Assembly: GCA_010909165.1 (NCBI GenBank)
Contig: VJWM01000011.1
Span: 372,001-436,000 of the forward strand
Direction: 5' to 3'
DNA from: Anthoceros angustus
Taxonomy: Eukaryota; Plantae; Anthocerotophyta
DNA length: 64,000 nucleotides
Shown here: piece after piece, positions 61,111 to 64,000 of the stretch
Layout of the letters: the number at the start of each line of letters is the position of its first letter
Numbering within the stretch: position 1 is the stretch's first letter
Notes under the pieces: model-generated
What the model was told of the DNA's origin: nothing
What the model saw: only the letters and a program-made list of their open reading frames with translations
Database searches by the model: none
Made by a program: the position numbers and the translations under genes

Positions 61111-64000
61111 ATGACTTCATCCAGCCCCAAAAAAACCTTGTTGGACGCTCTGCAAGCTCTCTATCACCACCCTCAGCCAGACATCCGAGCAGATGCCAAC
61201 GCCTGGCTGGACAAATTTCAGCGCACCAATGAGGCCTGGCAGGCATGATTTTCTTTTTCTAAGTTGCTTTCAGCTTTTGTTGCAAATGCGCTTATCTGAG
61301 CGAAGGCCTGTTTCCGTTTCTCATCTCAAGTGCCCGGTCTGAAGAAAAGAAGTCCTTGGTGTGCAGATCGCCGACAGCTTGCTGCACGAACCCAACGACA
61401 ATGTTGAAGTTCTATATTTCTGCGCTCAAACAATCCGCACCAAGGTATCAGTTTGGATCCCATAGCTTTGATTATCAGCTGCCCGCATCTGCTACGGACT
61501 GTTCTTGTCGATTTCTCTTCATTTTGTTGCGTACATCTACCTGTGCAGATTCAGCGGGACTTTGAGGACTTGCCACCAAATGCTCCTCTGTTTCTGCGTA
61601 GCTCGTTGCTGGTAATTGTTTGCGCTCGCCCTAGGAGTTTCATTCGCTGCCTTGAATTTGGGTTACGTTTACAGTGCCGAGTGTTCGTTTGGGCAGGCCC
61701 TGATTATTAAATTTCGGCAAGGACCAGCTTCTGTGCGAACCCAGGTGCTTGCATAGTCTGAGAAAACCAATGTCCAATCAATTCCTCAGATTTTCATGTC
61801 GTTCTAACTTCAGTGATCTGGCAGCTATGCCTGGCTATGGCAGCTCTTGCAACTCAATTGTCTGCAGACGAGTGGGAGGGTGGAGTAGTGAAGTGGCTTG
61901 GGAATCAACTCGGCTCTCATCCTGAGTCGATTCCTGCACTTCTGGAGCTGATTGCAGTTCTTCCTCAGGCAGGTCTTGTGGTTGTTCTTCAGAGTAAAGA
62001 TCATCTGTGTTCTTGCCACTGTGCTCAAGCTTACAGAATTGGTCTTGCAGGAAGCTACCAGCTACAAGATTGCCGTCAGGCCAGAGCAGCGACGACAGTT
62101 TCAAAGGGATCTGGTTGCAGCAGTACCAGATGCCTTTACCGTCCTCACATCATTTCTTAATAATGGGTCTCTCGAATTCCGTGAGAAGGTGCAGTTACAT
62201 ACCCCTTGAATGATTGCAATATGGTTGAATCCTTCTAGTTTCTTTATGCAAGCTATGAACGTGACACCTCATAGGATTCTGAGTGACTTTGTTGACTTTC
62301 AGGTGATCCGAGCTTTCACAAGCTGGTTGCGTATAAGTTATGGGTGGGTATCTTGGTTCTAATGTATCGCTCTTGTCTTTGGACATTATGTGCGAAAAAG
62401 CCTTCTGATGGATGTCTGTGTTCTGATGCCAGGGGGCTTGGTCCAGTGCTGGCCGCACATCCTTTGGTTGCTGCTACACTTTCTGGCCTTGATATGCCGC
62501 AGACATTCGATGCATCTGTGGATGGTACGTTGTTCTGTGAGATGATCCTGACCTGAGTGCCTGATAGTGGACTTGTGCAGTTGGGCAAGTCATTCTCACT
62601 TCCTCTACAATGTATAGTGACTTTTCTGGCTGTCTTGTGATTGAGGATGCAGTTTTTTCCTGTCAATGAATGTTCTCTAATCCAGTTATGTCCAATGGAG
62701 ATATGACCTGTTTCTGACAGAGTTAGTCTTGGACTGAAGTATTCTATACAAATCTTTGATTGGGGTCACTGGTCCTCGTATTTCTTTCTTGGGGTGGGTC
62801 TTTGTGGTGATTCTCTTGCTTGACTGGAGACTTGGGATCATCTTTTCTCTGGCCAGGTTTCGGTGGCAGCATGTTATTGGTACAATGTTTTAACCAGGGG
62901 TCTCTGATACAGGTGTATGCGAGCTCATCCGTTATACTGTGAGTGGAACTCCTGTGGACTTGGCAGCGCAAATGCCCCTTGTACAAGTCATTGTGCCAAA
63001 AGTAATGGCACTGAGACCACGGTTTGCTGTTGCTCTTAAGGTGGGTTCCCAGGTACACTTCATTCTTCCATGTTCTCCACGATTGGCCGTGACAACATGC
63101 GCTTCCATTGTAGGCGGCTGTTGCTGAACAGGAATCCCGGCAAGGAGAGGATGATATCAGCTCAGAGGAGGTATACTGGTGAAAAACAATGTGGATACTA
63201 CCGCAATTAGCCATCTTGTTGCAGTTCTCTATCACGACCTTTTGGGATGTTCTTGAATGGAAATAATATATGCGTTTCGGCAGGATGAAGAAGTCACAAA
63301 AGGCATGGCGTATCTATTTACAGAGATGGGGGAATCATATGTTGACCTTATTGCAACTGGTATGTGTAGTGTTTAGTGGACAGTTTGATAATTGAAGTCC
63401 CTCATGAGACTTCAGTCTGTTTAATGTATTGTTTTTCTGCATAAACTGTTTCAGGTTCTTCTGAGGCTCTGCTCATTGTTGAAGCTCTGGTGGAAGTGAC
63501 TTCTCATCCAAGCTTCCACATTGCTTCCATCACCTTCAATTTCTGGCACCGGCTTAGTAGGTCCTTGACTAGCAGGTGCAGCTGCTCTCTGTTTGAAATC
63601 TAATAGTGACCTGTCGTGGCTCTTAGAAGGTGATCTGTACTGTCCCTGCTTCATTGAGGAATCTTGACTGTTTGTCCATCCAGAGACACTATTGAAGAAG
63701 GTAAATCAGCCGAAGGGGAGTCAGCAGTTGAAGCGGAGAAGGAGCGGCGGTTGCAAGCCTTCAACTCTACATTTAGGCTGCTTGTATCTCTGGTAAAGAA
63801 ACGGTAGCTGTACTGATCACATTGGATGGTCAAGCTGAGGTAGTAACCTCTGTAGCAGTAACCTGCACAGTAACCTCTGTAGTCTTTGTTGTAGGTGAGC
63901 TTTCGGGTGAGTTACCCCCTTGATTTTGAATCCTGGAGAAAGGATGAACGTAGTGATTTTAAGCAGACCCGCTATGGTGAGTAGGAGGAATGGCACGGGT
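61111..64000 (+). CDS. MOS14: Transportin-SR / MOS14 (importin-beta family), runs off the window end
   Basis: MTSSSPKKTLLDALQALYHHPQPDIRADANAWLDKFQRTNEAWQ / IADSLLH...FCAQTIRTK / IQRDFEDLP / QLCLAMAALA / LLELIAVLPQE / VSFRVSYP..F......DFKQTRY. Confidence 0.92.

Noticed and set aside
1-64000. rRNA, tRNA or snRNA genes
   Set aside because: No recognisable structural RNA sequence noticed; a tRNAscan/Infernal run would be needed to exclude them.

Overview
Eukaryotic nuclear DNA from a seed-free land plant, most likely a hornwort. This is inferred from GRP-ending DYW:KP PPR genes, a flagellar DRC4/GAS8 gene and very short introns. Layout: (1) 0.3-10.7 kb, two tandem minus-strand PLS-class PPR genes with DYW:KP (GRP-ending) deaminase domains, the class linked to U-to-C organellar RNA editing. 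Each carries an N-terminal OSB/PTAC9-type PDF motif, and PPR relics lie nearby. (2) 11.2-20.5 kb, compact genes: DRC4/GAS8, dihydrofolate synthetase, coatomer epsilon, BUD13. (3) 21.6-47.6 kb, transposon block: a LINE relic, then a degenerate Ty3/gypsy element with domain order gag-PR-[C5 cytosine DNA methyltransferase]-RT-RH-INT-PHD. Its integrase zinc finger is split by an Athila/Tat-like LTR element (27080-42076, GCATG TSD, ~4.3-5.4 kb LTRs). (4) 49.3-64 kb: ARC5/DRP5B, a three-exon gene resembling immunity-related (IRG/p47) GTPases preceded by a 1.17 kb tandem duplication, an inverted MOS14 pseudo-fragment, proteasome beta-2 and MOS14/transportin-SR. Strongest leads: the DNMT+PHD gypsy element, the IRG-like GTPase, and the PDF-PPR-DYW:KP fusions. 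The repeat-rich parts are indel-riddled (decay or poor consensus), so domain calls there are reconstructed by eye across frameshifts. No searches were run.
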